Assembly: GCA_040758595.1 (NCBI GenBank)
Contig: JBFLVJ010000002.1
Location: forward strand, 38,504 to 102,503
Length of the DNA stretch: 64,000 bases
Source of the DNA: Candidatus Micrarchaeota archaeon
GTDB taxonomy: Archaea > Micrarchaeota > Micrarchaeia > Anstonellales > Bilamarchaeaceae
Direction: 5' to 3'
Positions 46,704 to 55,942 of this stretch are shown piece by piece; positions within the stretch are counted from its first letter, which is position 1; each line of letters opens with the position of its first letter. The notes under the pieces were generated by a model. That model did no database searches, was not told where the DNA came from, and saw nothing but the letters and a program-made list of their open reading frames with translations. Made by a program: the position numbers and the translations under genes.

Positions 46704-47888
46704 ATGGATCCCCTAGACGTTCACAGGAAGCTCAAAGGCAAGATATCCATAGCTGCCAAGGCAGAACTCAAAACCACAGCTGACTTGTCCATCCTATACA
46801 CCCCGGGGGTGGCAGAGCCGAGCCGGCAGATAGCGCGCGATCGCTCCCTCGCATATCAATACACGATGAAGCCGAACGCCGTGGCTATCGTGACCGACGG
46901 GACGCGGGTGCTCGGGCTAGGAGACATCGGGCCGGAGGCCGCCCTTCCTGTCATGGAAGGCAAGGCGCTCATAATGCAGCAGTTCGCGGGGATAGACGCA
47001 TTCCCCATCTGCCTGGCAGAGAAGGATCCGGACCGCATCGTGGAGATCGTGAAAGCTATATCACCCGGATTCGGCGCCATCAACCTGGAAGACATAGCGA
47101 CCCCCAAGGTCTTCCACATCGAGAGAAGGCTGACCGAGGAGCTCGACATCCCGGTCTTCCACGACGACCAGCACGGGACGGCGATGGTGGCTTTGGCCGG
47201 GCTCTACAACGCGCTTAAGGTGACTGGCAAGGCCGGTGGGATTTCGGGCGGGACAGAGGAGACGCGAAACCCAAAACCCGGAACACAAGACCCGGGACAC
47301 GAGACCCGGATAGGGATAGTCGGAGCCGGCAGCGCAGGTTATGCGATAGCCAAGCTCCTCAAGGCGGCGGGATTCGACGACCTCGTGGTTTTCGACAGCC
47401 AGGGCGCCCTCTCCGCATCCAGGGAAGGGCTCAAGGGCTACAAGCAGGAGCTCGCTGCCATGAACCGCTCGGGTTTCTCAGGCATGATAAACGAGTTCGC
47501 AGGGGCCGACGTCATCATAGCGGCCTCGAAACCCGGCGCCCTCCCCATAGAGGCCATCAAAGCCATGAGAAAGCCCAGCATCGTTTTCGCCCTCTCCAAT
47601 CCCACCCCTGAGATTTCGCTCGAGCAGGCCCGCGAGCTCGGGATAGACGTGTTCGGGACCGGCAGGAGCGACTATCCCAACCAGATAAACAACTCTTTGT
47701 GCTTCCCCGGGTTCCTGCGGGCGCTGCTGGACCTGCGGGTCAAGAAGATAACGGACGGCATGAAGATAGCCGCCGCCAAAGGGATAGCCGAGAGCGTCCC
47801 ATCACCCTCGAAAGAGATGATAGTCCCGGACGCCTTCGACAAATCGGTAGTGGAAAAGATAAAAGAGAAAGTGGGGAAAGCGCTCTAG
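46704..47888 (+). CDS. NAD(P)-dependent malic enzyme (short form) carrying an in-frame repeat-encoded insertion
   Basis: LSILYTPGVAEP...AIVTDGTRVLGLGDIG...DDQHGTAMVALAG...GAGSAGYAIAKLL. About 20-aa insertion GGTEETRNPKPGTQDPGHETR precedes the NAD-binding GAGSAG. Confidence 0.8.
   Translation: MDPLDVHRKLKGKISIAAKAELKTTADLSILYTPGVAEPSRQIARDRSLAYQYTMKPNAVAIVTDGTRVLGLGDIGPEAALPVMEGKALIMQQFAGIDAFPICLAEKDPDRIVEIVKAISPGFGAINLEDIATPKVFHIERRLTEELDIPVFHDDQHGTAMVALAGLYNALKVTGKAGGISGGTEETRNPKPGTQDPGHETRIGIVGAGSAGYAIAKLLKAAGFDDLVVFDSQGALSASREGLKGYKQELAAMNRSGFSGMINEFAGADVIIAASKPGALPIEAIKAMRKPSIVFALSNPTPEISLEQARELGIDVFGTGRSDYPNQINNSLCFPGFLRALLDLRVKKITDGMKIAAAKGIAESVPSPSKEMIVPDAFDKSVVEKIKEKVGKAL
47263..47310 (+). 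repeat. heptamer array GAAACCC AAAACCC GGAACAC AAGACCC GGGACAC GAGACCC in-frame within the malic enzyme gene
   Basis: Six 7-nt units, 42 nt in total, a multiple of 3. Confidence 0.65.
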
Positions 47889-48664
47889 ATGCCCCCAAGG
47901 GCCGCGGCGTTGAACAGCAGGGCGAACAGGCTGGCATAGAGCAGCACCGCAGCCAGGATGAACAAGCCCACCAGCAGGAGCATCGGGACGAATATTATCG
48001 CTATCGTGCTCCACTGGCCGGTCTTGTGGACCACCACGAACGCCTTGTACTTCAGATAGAGGCCGTAGAGGCCCAGCAGGGCGCTGATTATCCCGAGCGG
48101 AATCTGCACGAGCGCCATGCAGCAGGATATCGCCGGGATCGACTCGAACCATGAGACGGGGACGATGGCCAGGGTTATCGGGAGCAGTATCACGAAGACG
48201 CCCAACGTCGGCAGGACGCTGGCGTTGAAGTGTTCCTTGTAGTTCCCGGCTCCCTTGAGCAGTCTGGCCACAAGATACTCGAGCCCGGCATATGCCGCGG
48301 TGATGAAGGGACCTAGCATGGCGAACAGTATCGTCAGGCCGACGCCGAGCACGATTCCGGCAGCGGCACCGAATGCCGCGAAGAACGGCATGAACGCAGC
48401 CAGTCTCTCGTTCTCAGGGGCCGGCAGGAAGAGCATGTTTATGAGCGCCGAGGGGATGATTATTGCTATCGCGATGACGGCGCTGATGGCTTCAAACACG
48501 TACATGTCGGCCATCCTGGGCCAGAATTCCTTCATGTCTTTCCGGACTACAGATGCCGGGTTGAAGAAGAACTCCTTCCAGGGCTTCATGTCATATGGTA
48601 TGAAACCCATTATCTTATCCACGATTTTCAGGTATCGGTCAGCGATATCGTCGATATCTGTCAT
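47885..48664 (-). CDS. Yip1-like multi-pass membrane protein (paralog 1)
   Basis: 259 aa with 5 TM helices. Shares the N-terminal MTD motif and topology with the adjacent gene. Confidence 0.45.
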   Translation of the reverse strand: MTDIDDIADRYLKIVDKIMGFIPYDMKPWKEFFFNPASVVRKDMKEFWPRMADMYVFEAISAVIAIAIIIPSALINMLFLPAPENERLAAFMPFFAAFGAAAGIVLGVGLTILFAMLGPFITAAYAGLEYLVARLLKGAGNYKEHFNASVLPTLGVFVILLPITLAIVPVSWFESIPAISCCMALVQIPLGIISALLGLYGLYLKYKAFVVVHKTGQWSTIAIIFVPMLLLVGLFILAAVLLYASLFALLFNAAALGGI

Positions 48665-49408
48665 TCATCCACCCTTGGAGAGCATGGAGAGGCCCAGGAT
48701 CCCTCCCATGAAAGCCAGATACAGGATCACTGCGAGCGCGATGGCGGCCACGATGGGGAACAGTATCACCGCGATGGCGCGCATCTGCGAGAGCCCGTGC
48801 ACGTGCCTGATGCCCTTGTATGTCAGGTATAGGGTGTAAATCATCACCACGTAGGTGAGCGGACCCAGCACCAGGCCGATTATGGTCGCGAAGGCGAAGT
48901 ACAACGGTATCATGAGCGTGAAGTTGGCCCCGGCGCTCTTCACGACTATGGCCAGGGTCTTCTCGAAGCTGCCGGTGCCGCCGAGCAGCTTGGCGCCAAC
49001 GAAATAGACCGCCCCGGTAAGGAACATCCCGATGGCAGGTCCCAGGACCATGAGGACGAGGAACGCCAGCACGCCGCCTATAGCCAGCAGCGGGTTCAGG
49101 ACACCGACAAAGACCGCCATCATGGATATCCAGATGGCGATGACGGGCGCGAATATGATGGTAACGTACCAGCGCGAGAGCAGGGATGCCAGCCACTGGA
49201 GGATGTATATCACATAATACTCCTTGAGCAGTTCGGGCAGCGTCTGGTCCTTACCGAGCGTTTTCCCGACTTCGGCTTCTGCGAAGTCTATCCAGTAAGG
49301 CACTCCGCTGAAGGGGACCTTTCTCACCCACGAGTATGCGAACTCCCGGTATTTGCCAAGCAGGTCCGTGAGGTCCTTAGATGCCTCAGACTTTTTCACA
49401 TCGGTCAT
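48665..49408 (-). CDS. Yip1-like multi-pass membrane protein (paralog 2)
   Basis: 247 aa; tandem paralog of the neighbouring gene. Confidence 0.45.
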   Translation of the reverse strand: MTDVKKSEASKDLTDLLGKYREFAYSWVRKVPFSGVPYWIDFAEAEVGKTLGKDQTLPELLKEYYVIYILQWLASLLSRWYVTIIFAPVIAIWISMMAVFVGVLNPLLAIGGVLAFLVLMVLGPAIGMFLTGAVYFVGAKLLGGTGSFEKTLAIVVKSAGANFTLMIPLYFAFATIIGLVLGPLTYVVMIYTLYLTYKGIRHVHGLSQMRAIAVILFPIVAAIALAVILYLAFMGGILGLSMLSKGG

Positions 49409-49449
49409 TTATCCTGTTCTCTTCTGTGCAGGTAGCCCTTAAAACGATA

Positions 49450-50877
49450 TCATCCCTGTCGTCTGACCCTCTCTTTGATGCCGGCATCGACCTTCGCAGG
49501 TCCGATGGCGCTTTCCATGACCTTGTCGAAATCATCTTCGCTCATGATGCCCCTGCCCACGACCACTTCGCGCAGTGTCTTCCTCTGCGATAGCGCCTCG
49601 CGCACCAGCCTCGACACTTCCTTGTACCCGATGTATGGATTGAGCGCTGTGGCGTATCCGAAGGTGCTCTCGAGATTCATCTTGGCCCGCTCTGCATCCA
49701 CTCTAGTGCCTTCGACACACCCGCGGAACATCCTTGTGCAGTTGGCCAGCAGCCGCTCTGCCTGGAGCAGGTTCTGCGCGATCAGAGGCGTGCAGAAATT
49801 CAGCTCCAGCTGGCTCGATTGCGCTCCCAGGACGATCGCCATGTCGTTCGCAGCCACCTGGTAGCAGACCATGTTGACCGCTTCCGGGACGGACGGGTTT
49901 ATCTTGCCGGGCATTATCGAGGAGCCCGGCTCCACCTCCGGTATGATGAGCTCTGCGATGCCGGCCCTGGGCCCCGAGACCAGGAGCCTCAAGTCATCCG
50001 CTATGCGCCCCAGCGTGACCGCATATCTGCGCAGCGCAGCCGACAGTGTCGTGAAATCGTTATGGCTCTGGGTGGTCTCGACAGTGTCCTCGGCGCACTT
50101 GAGCCGCACCATGAACAGTCCCGTCTCGTTGAGCCGCTCCACCACCTCTTCCCTGAACCTAGGGTGGGTGTTGATGCCGCTTCCGGTTGCGGTCCCGCCG
50201 ATGCCCAGCTCGGCCACGCACTCGAGCGCCTCCTCTATCCTTTGGAGGTCCTTCTCAATCGCTCTGGCCCAGGCTGCGAACGTCTGGCCGTAGGTCATCG
50301 GGACAGCATCCTGCAGGTGCGTCCTGCCTATCTTCATGGTGGATTTGTATTCCTCGGCCTTTGCCAGGAGCGCATTATGGAACAGCTCCCCTTCAGAGAG
50401 CACCGGAGCGGCCATCTTGATGGCTGCCAGCCTGGCCGCGGTCGGAACGACATCGTTGGAGCTCTGCGACATGTTGACATGGTTGTTCGGATGCACGATG
50501 GCATACTCCCCCTTCTTCCCGCCGAGCATCTCCTCGGCCAGGTTGGCTATCACTTCATTGACGTTCATGTGGAGAGGGGTGCCGGCTCCTGCCTGGTAGG
50601 CGTCAAGGATGAACTCCTTGTCGAGCTTGCCGGAGATCACCTCATCGGCAGCCCGCTCTATCGCATCCGCCTTGCTCTGCTCGATCGCTCCGAGGGAGCC
50701 GTTCGCCTGCGCGGCCGCCTTCTTGATGAGCGCCACCGCATATGTGAGCTCCCTGTCCACCAGCATCCCGCTAAGCTTGAAATGGCTGCTCGCACGGACC
50801 GTGAACGAGCCGTAATATGCCTCGTCAGGCACTTCGACTTCCCCGATGAAATCCTCTTCTTTCCTCATGCTGTTCAC
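49450..50877 (-). CDS. aspartate ammonia-lyase / class II fumarate hydratase family (aspartase-like signature)
   Basis: GSSIMPGKINPSVPEAVNMVCYQV signature. The PSVPEAV segment resembles aspartase more than FumC. Confidence 0.8.
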   Translation of the reverse strand: MNSMRKEEDFIGEVEVPDEAYYGSFTVRASSHFKLSGMLVDRELTYAVALIKKAAAQANGSLGAIEQSKADAIERAADEVISGKLDKEFILDAYQAGAGTPLHMNVNEVIANLAEEMLGGKKGEYAIVHPNNHVNMSQSSNDVVPTAARLAAIKMAAPVLSEGELFHNALLAKAEEYKSTMKIGRTHLQDAVPMTYGQTFAAWARAIEKDLQRIEEALECVAELGIGGTATGSGINTHPRFREEVVERLNETGLFMVRLKCAEDTVETTQSHNDFTTLSAALRRYAVTLGRIADDLRLLVSGPRAGIAELIIPEVEPGSSIMPGKINPSVPEAVNMVCYQVAANDMAIVLGAQSSQLELNFCTPLIAQNLLQAERLLANCTRMFRGCVEGTRVDAERAKMNLESTFGYATALNPYIGYKEVSRLVREALSQRKTLREVVVGRGIMSEDDFDKVMESAIGPAKVDAGIKERVRRQG

Positions 50878-50892
50878 GCTTGAAGGATTGCG

Positions 50893-51528
50893 CTATCTCT
50901 TCGCCTTCAGGAAAAGCAGGGGGATCAGCGCCAGTCCGAGATGGCATGCCGAAGGCGCTGGGCCTGGCTCCGGAGCCTCTTCGTCCTGGAGCGGGCTCTC
51001 ATCTGCCGGGGCGCCTTCGTCGTCCTCAGGGAACGCGACCTCCTCCGCCGGCGCTTTCACCACCGGGGCTTCTTCCTCCGGCAGGTCAGCTACAGGAGGC
51101 TCTTCCTCGCCAGGAGGCGGAGCTTCGGTCTCTGGGGGCGGTTCGAAGCAGTTCTGGTATGAGAATTCTATCTCCCGGCTCCGGTAGCCGCTCTTATCTA
51201 TCCTCAAAATGAACAGCGCTGTGAGGTAATCCCTGTTGCCGAGGACATCTATCCTTGCCATGCCATATGGATCGCTGTTGCCTGTCGCTATCAGCTGGTA
51301 CTCGTAATCTGTGTAGAAGAGATATGCGCTGGCTCCGGCTATCGGCTCCTCGCTCTCCTGCCCCTTTATCTCGGCCGTGATGTTCTTCATGTCGCAGTCT
51401 ATGAATATCGCCACGCTCAAAGGCTCAAGGTTCTCGTTGCCTGTGTCCTTGACATCCAGATAATCTGCCTGCACCCCGAAAGCGGATGCCATCGCGGCCA
51501 TCATCAGCAAAACCAAAAACATCCTCAT
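50893..51528 (-). CDS. secreted protein, paralog B of the secreted triad, with acidic Pro-rich linker and C-terminal Cys-TM-basic anchor
   Basis: Signal peptide. Conserved core DCDMKNITAEIKG...ALFILRIDKSGYRSREIEF. C-terminus PSACHLGLALIPLLFLKAKR. Confidence 0.55.
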   Translation of the reverse strand: MRMFLVLLMMAAMASAFGVQADYLDVKDTGNENLEPLSVAIFIDCDMKNITAEIKGQESEEPIAGASAYLFYTDYEYQLIATGNSDPYGMARIDVLGNRDYLTALFILRIDKSGYRSREIEFSYQNCFEPPPETEAPPPGEEEPPVADLPEEEAPVVKAPAEEVAFPEDDEGAPADESPLQDEEAPEPGPAPSACHLGLALIPLLFLKAKR

Positions 51529-52529
51529 TGTTCACACGCTCCATCCACGCATCTCCTGTTCATCGGACAGGCGAAGCTGGCATTGATCATCTCATTTCCC
51601 TCGCAGTAATACTCCACTCCCCCGTAATCGTCCACGCAGAAATCCCTGCGTATCACATCGCCCTTATTGACAGCGCCTGCCTTGGATATGAAGTATCCGC
51701 TATCCGAGTCGCTGCAGACGTCTTCCTTGCATGCGGCCTCTACGCATCTGGTGCCTGCCGGGCAGTCCAACTCATCATAGAACATCTCGTTGCCCTCGCA
51801 ATAGTATTCCCTGAGCCTTCCGTCAGGGAGGCATTTGTCGAGGTATTCCCCGCTGACCAGGTTTATCGTCAGCGTTATCCTGCCCCCCTGCCCGATCGTA
51901 TACCCTTCATCCGTGTCAATGCAGATCTGGCCGCTCTTCATGCAAGCGCCCTCCTGGCAGCTGTAGCCGGATGCGCATGCGACGGTCTCGCTCCTCACCT
52001 CGCCTTCGAGGCAGTAGTACTCCTTCACGTTCTTGCTGTCCATGCAGCTATCCTGGTAGCTCTCCCCGGAAGCGGTGGCGGTGCCCTTCTTCTTGTAGTC
52101 CTTTAAGTCGCTGTCCTGGCAGTCTCCGACCGTTTGCGGCTGGGATTCAACGCATGCCCCGTCTTGGCATTCATATCCCTCTTGGCAGGGAAGCGTCTCG
52201 ACACCCACCGAATCCCCATCGCAGAAATATTCCTTGACAGAATCGAAGCCGGTGCAATAATCGGAATAGCCGAGCCCGGCCGTGGCGGCAGTGCCCGCGA
52301 CATCCGCGACTTCGCCCCCATCGCTGTCGGTGCATTCCTCCTCTATCGTGCAGGAGCCGTCATGGACGATCTGCGCCCCGGCGCACTGCGCAGAGCATAC
52401 GTTCGTGTACGTGATTCCATCCGCCCCGCATACCGGAGTGTACTCCAAGGTGCAGACGCAGCCCTCATCGGCCTGGCCTGCGCATCCATACAGGAGCGCC
52501 ATCAGAGCTATCAGGATAAGAACTCTCAT
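51525..52529 (-). CDS. secreted Kazal-domain protein with four tandem Cys-rich repeats
   Basis: Signal plus LYGC. Kazal motif CTLEYTPVCGADGITYTNVCSAQCAG. Four roughly 55-aa repeats with D.C.D...(V/L)KEYYC.G......C..GY.C..GAC. Confidence 0.65.
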   Translation of the reverse strand: MRVLILIALMALLYGCAGQADEGCVCTLEYTPVCGADGITYTNVCSAQCAGAQIVHDGSCTIEEECTDSDGGEVADVAGTAATAGLGYSDYCTGFDSVKEYFCDGDSVGVETLPCQEGYECQDGACVESQPQTVGDCQDSDLKDYKKKGTATASGESYQDSCMDSKNVKEYYCLEGEVRSETVACASGYSCQEGACMKSGQICIDTDEGYTIGQGGRITLTINLVSGEYLDKCLPDGRLREYYCEGNEMFYDELDCPAGTRCVEAACKEDVCSDSDSGYFISKAGAVNKGDVIRRDFCVDDYGGVEYYCEGNEMINASFACPMNRRCVDGACEQ

Positions 52530-52536
52530 GGAATCA

Positions 52537-53142
52537 TTATGGCCTGGTCGTTATTATAAACATGAGGAGCAGGGCGGGGATTGCGCAGATTCCCGCGAGC
52601 TTTTCTCCGGTGTCCTCCTCACCAGTTGCCGGAGTCTCCGGGACGCTCCCGTTCCCGGTTTCGGTCGGATCCGGGACTATTACCTCGACCGTAGTGCCGC
52701 TGGTGTTCTGGACCGGCGGTTTCTGGGCGGGCGGGGGCTGCGGGAACGTGTAATCGGTGTAGCAGGGCGAGATGTCGAAATGGACCTCCTTGCTCCGGAA
52801 CCCGTCTTTCTCCATCACAAGTATGAAGAGGCCGCGCATGAGCGTAGTCTGCCCGGGCAGCTTGTGGAGGGCGAACCCGTCCTTGTCGGTCTCCACGCTG
52901 GATAGCAAGGGAGAGGAGAAATCCACGTACTTGAGCAGGCTGCCCGCATCCTGCACCGGCTCGTAATCCTCGTCCATCACATAGAGCTTTATCGCCGATG
53001 CGGTGCAGTCCACGCTGATGGCGTAGACGAACTCCTTGAACATCGGATCCCCCAAGTCGTCCTGTTCGTATATCCTGGGAGGCGCGGTGGCTGCGAAGCA
53101 TGTGGAGAATAGGATCAGCGCGAACGCCAGCCCACGCATCAT
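52537..53142 (-). CDS. secreted protein, paralog A of the secreted triad, with Thr/Pro-rich linker and C-terminal Cys-TM anchor
   Basis: Signal peptide. Core VDCTASAIKLYVMD...GLFILVMEKDGFRSKEVHF. C-terminus GICAIPALLLMFIITTRP. Confidence 0.55.
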   Translation of the reverse strand: MMRGLAFALILFSTCFAATAPPRIYEQDDLGDPMFKEFVYAISVDCTASAIKLYVMDEDYEPVQDAGSLLKYVDFSSPLLSSVETDKDGFALHKLPGQTTLMRGLFILVMEKDGFRSKEVHFDISPCYTDYTFPQPPPAQKPPVQNTSGTTVEVIVPDPTETGNGSVPETPATGEEDTGEKLAGICAIPALLLMFIITTRP

Positions 53143-53146
53143 AGGG

Positions 53147-54106
53147 TCACTTCTCTGCGGCTATCTGGGCCAGCAGGGCCTCTATCTGTATGCGTTCGTT
53201 TGCGCCCTGGACCAGCCGGAAGTTGCACTCGCCCACCTTGTCGATGAGCCTTATCCTCTGTTTCTCCGGGACCTCCAGAGACGGTATCTCGCGGTAGACC
53301 TGGTAGAGTATGTCCTCCCCGCTAAGGCCGTATGTTATCAGCAGCTTGTCCAGGTTAGCCCTAGCATCCAGGAACTTGCCTGCGAGCGCCTGGACCACCA
53401 TCTCCCGGACTTCCTTCGGGTTTGCTTTGCTGCTGGTCTTGTGTATCAGCTCCTCGGTGATGTGCTTGGAATGCATGGCGCAGCCCTGGACGGTGTTGAG
53501 CGCACGCCGCATATCCCCTTCAGAGACATAGAAGAGCGCGTCATACGCCTTCTCATCCAGCTTGAGCTTCTCCTCCTCGGTGACCTTGTGGAGGGCCTTG
53601 CGGACATCCTCTTTTGTCAGCGGCATGAAGCGGAACACCGCGCACCTGCTCTGGATAGGCTCGATTATCTTGGATGAATAGTTCGCGGAGATGATGAACC
53701 TGGTGACCGATGCGTTGGCTTCCATGGTCCTGCGCAGGGCCTGCTGGGCGTCTGCGGTGAGCGCATCCCCTTCATCCAGGAAGATGAGCTTGAAGGGCGC
53801 GTTCCCGATCGAGACCGACCTTGCGAAATCCTTTATCCTGCCCCTCACTATGTCTATGCCCCGGTCGTCGCTGGCATTGAGCTCGAGGAAATTCCCGGCT
53901 AGTTCAGGCCCGTAGAGCTCATGGGCGAGCGCCAGGCAGCAGGTCGTCTTGCCCACCCCGGGCGGCCCGGCGAAGAGCATGTTCGGCATGTTCCTGCTCT
54001 TGACAAAAGCCTTGAGCCTCTGGACCGCTTCGCTCTGGCCAGCGACATCATCCAGCCTGCGCGGCCTGTATTTCTCTGTCCATGGAAGGATATCGGTCTG
54101 CATCAT
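53147..54106 (-). CDS. rfcS: replication factor C small subunit
   Basis: WTEKYRP...FAGPPGVGKTT (Walker A)...DEGD...SRC motifs. No intein. Confidence 0.9.
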   Translation of the reverse strand: MMQTDILPWTEKYRPRRLDDVAGQSEAVQRLKAFVKSRNMPNMLFAGPPGVGKTTCCLALAHELYGPELAGNFLELNASDDRGIDIVRGRIKDFARSVSIGNAPFKLIFLDEGDALTADAQQALRRTMEANASVTRFIISANYSSKIIEPIQSRCAVFRFMPLTKEDVRKALHKVTEEEKLKLDEKAYDALFYVSEGDMRRALNTVQGCAMHSKHITEELIHKTSSKANPKEVREMVVQALAGKFLDARANLDKLLITYGLSGEDILYQVYREIPSLEVPEKQRIRLIDKVGECNFRLVQGANERIQIEALLAQIAAEK

Positions 54107-54165
54107 TACCCTTCTCGTGTCAATCTATATAAATTTTATCCGAGAAGCCTTCCCGAGTGATTATA

Positions 54166-54851
54166 TGGATCGCGTGAAGACAGGAATCGCAGGACTCGAT
54201 GAGATGCTCAACGGGGGCATCCCGACCGGAAGGCACGTGGCGCTCTACGGAGGGCCCGGTGCGGGGAAGAGCTCATTCTGCTTCGAGTTCCTCTACCAGG
54301 GGGCCAAGATGGGAGAGCCCGGCCTCTACATATCGCTCGAAGAGACCACCGAGGACATCCTCGACAACATGAAGAGCACGTTCCCTCTTCTCAAGGACGC
54401 CAAGAAGCTGATAGACGACAAGGCGCTGGAGATAATCAAACCCGAGAAGCTGGAGCTCGAAGAAGTCGCCAACCTGCTCGAGGACCGCATAACATCCAAC
54501 GGGATAAAGAGGGCGGTCATCGACTCTGCGACCATGATACGGCTCTCGTTCAAGAACGACATCGAATACAGGCAGACCCTTTTCGAGTTCCTTTCCCTGC
54601 TCAGGAACCTGGACGTGACCACCATCACCACCGTGGAGGCGGCGAGCGCCAGGCGCGAGGAGATGAAATTCGACATCGAGCACTTCGTCATGGACGGCAT
54701 CATCAACCTCTACAACCTGGATCGGGAGGATCGCCGCGTGCGGGCCATGGAGGTATTCAAGATGCGCGGGACCGACCACTCGAGGGACCTGGTGCCCTTC
54801 AAGGTGACCCCGTCCGGCATAAAGGTATATGTGGGAGAGAAGGTCTTCTGA
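54166..54851 (+). CDS. KaiC/RadB-like single-domain RecA-superfamily ATPase
   Basis: GIAGLDEMLNGGIPTGRHVALYGGPGAGKSSFCFEF. Start chosen at the internal MDRVKTG of ORF 53949-54851. Confidence 0.7.
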
Positions 54852-54917
54852 CCCTCCCCATAGCCTGTTTTCCCCTCATCATCCTCATTTATAAACACTT
54901 TTTATCATCATTTTTGC

Positions 54918-55883
54918 ATGAATCCCGCACGCAGAGAGTTCCTCAGGACGTTGGCCAAAGGCAGCGCCGTCGGAGCCACCGTTGCGGCCGTCTCGGCTAT
55001 CGACAGGCCCTTCAGGCCCTTCGCCCCGCTTCTTGCAGCCCCGGCCAGCGCCCGCTACTCCACCTCCACCGACCCGTTCGCCATGGACAGAAGGCTCAAA
55101 GCGATATCTTCTGCCGTCCCTTCGGGCACCGCGCAGGCCAAGGTCTCCTGGATATTCAACAGGCTCAACCGCTACGCTTCGGGCGGGGTCAAGGTCCACT
55201 CCATGACCGGAAAGCCCCCCAGGACCGCCGCAGAGGCGCTCGCCAAAGGCGGCGACTGCACCGACCTGACCAATATAGTCGTCTCGCTCTTCAAGCAGCA
55301 CAACATCCCGGGCGGGGTGATGCTGGTGCATTTCGACAGCGCGCCTGCCTACCTGGACCACGTGGTGCCCTATGCCCTCCTCGGAGGGAAAAAAATCATC
55401 GTAGACCTCCAGACAAACACGCTCGGCAAGACCGCTCAGGGGGCCTACAAGAAGCTCATGGACCTCAGCTATGCTGAAGGGGCCGGCATGTACCACCGCG
55501 AGATGGGAGACTTCTTCAAGCAGAAGGGCGACTCCAAGGTAGCATTCAGCGCCTACAAGCGCTCGGTGGAGCTCAACGACAAGGACCCGCATGTCCACCA
55601 GAACCTGGGTATCCTCTACCAGAAGGCCAACGACCATGCCAATGCATTGAAGCATATACGGAGGGCGGCGGCGCTCGATCCGGCCTACAAGAAGCATCTT
55701 CCAGGAGCCATCTTCAATTCAGGCCTCCAGGAGGGGCAGAAAGCCTATGGGGAAGGCAGGTTCGCCGACTGCGCAAGGCATTTCGAGATGGCGCTCGATT
55801 CCGGCCACCCGATTCCGGCATCATACCGGAAAGCCCTCCAGGGCAACATCCAGCTTTGCAAATCGAAGGCGGCAGGGAACTGA
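54918..55883 (+). CDS. Tat-secreted transglutaminase-like protein with C-terminal TPR repeats
   Basis: Twin-arginine signal (RREFLRTLAKGSAVGA). Transglutaminase-core-like GGDCTDLTNIVVSLF. TPR-like units (AYKRSVELNDKDPHVHQNLGILYQKANDHANAL). Confidence 0.55.
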   Translation: MNPARREFLRTLAKGSAVGATVAAVSAIDRPFRPFAPLLAAPASARYSTSTDPFAMDRRLKAISSAVPSGTAQAKVSWIFNRLNRYASGGVKVHSMTGKPPRTAAEALAKGGDCTDLTNIVVSLFKQHNIPGGVMLVHFDSAPAYLDHVVPYALLGGKKIIVDLQTNTLGKTAQGAYKKLMDLSYAEGAGMYHREMGDFFKQKGDSKVAFSAYKRSVELNDKDPHVHQNLGILYQKANDHANALKHIRRAAALDPAYKKHLPGAIFNSGLQEGQKAYGEGRFADCARHFEMALDSGHPIPASYRKALQGNIQLCKSKAAGN

Positions 55884-55942
55884 TACGCTCGGTTAAAAAT
55901 GATTCCTAAGAATATTTTTCCGTCTAATTCAGAGGTAATCAG

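Noticed and set aside
49819-50883. 354-aa plus-strand ORF over the aspartase/fumarase gene
   Set aside because: Antisense to a gene with the GSSIMPGKINP signature; typical GC-driven open frame.
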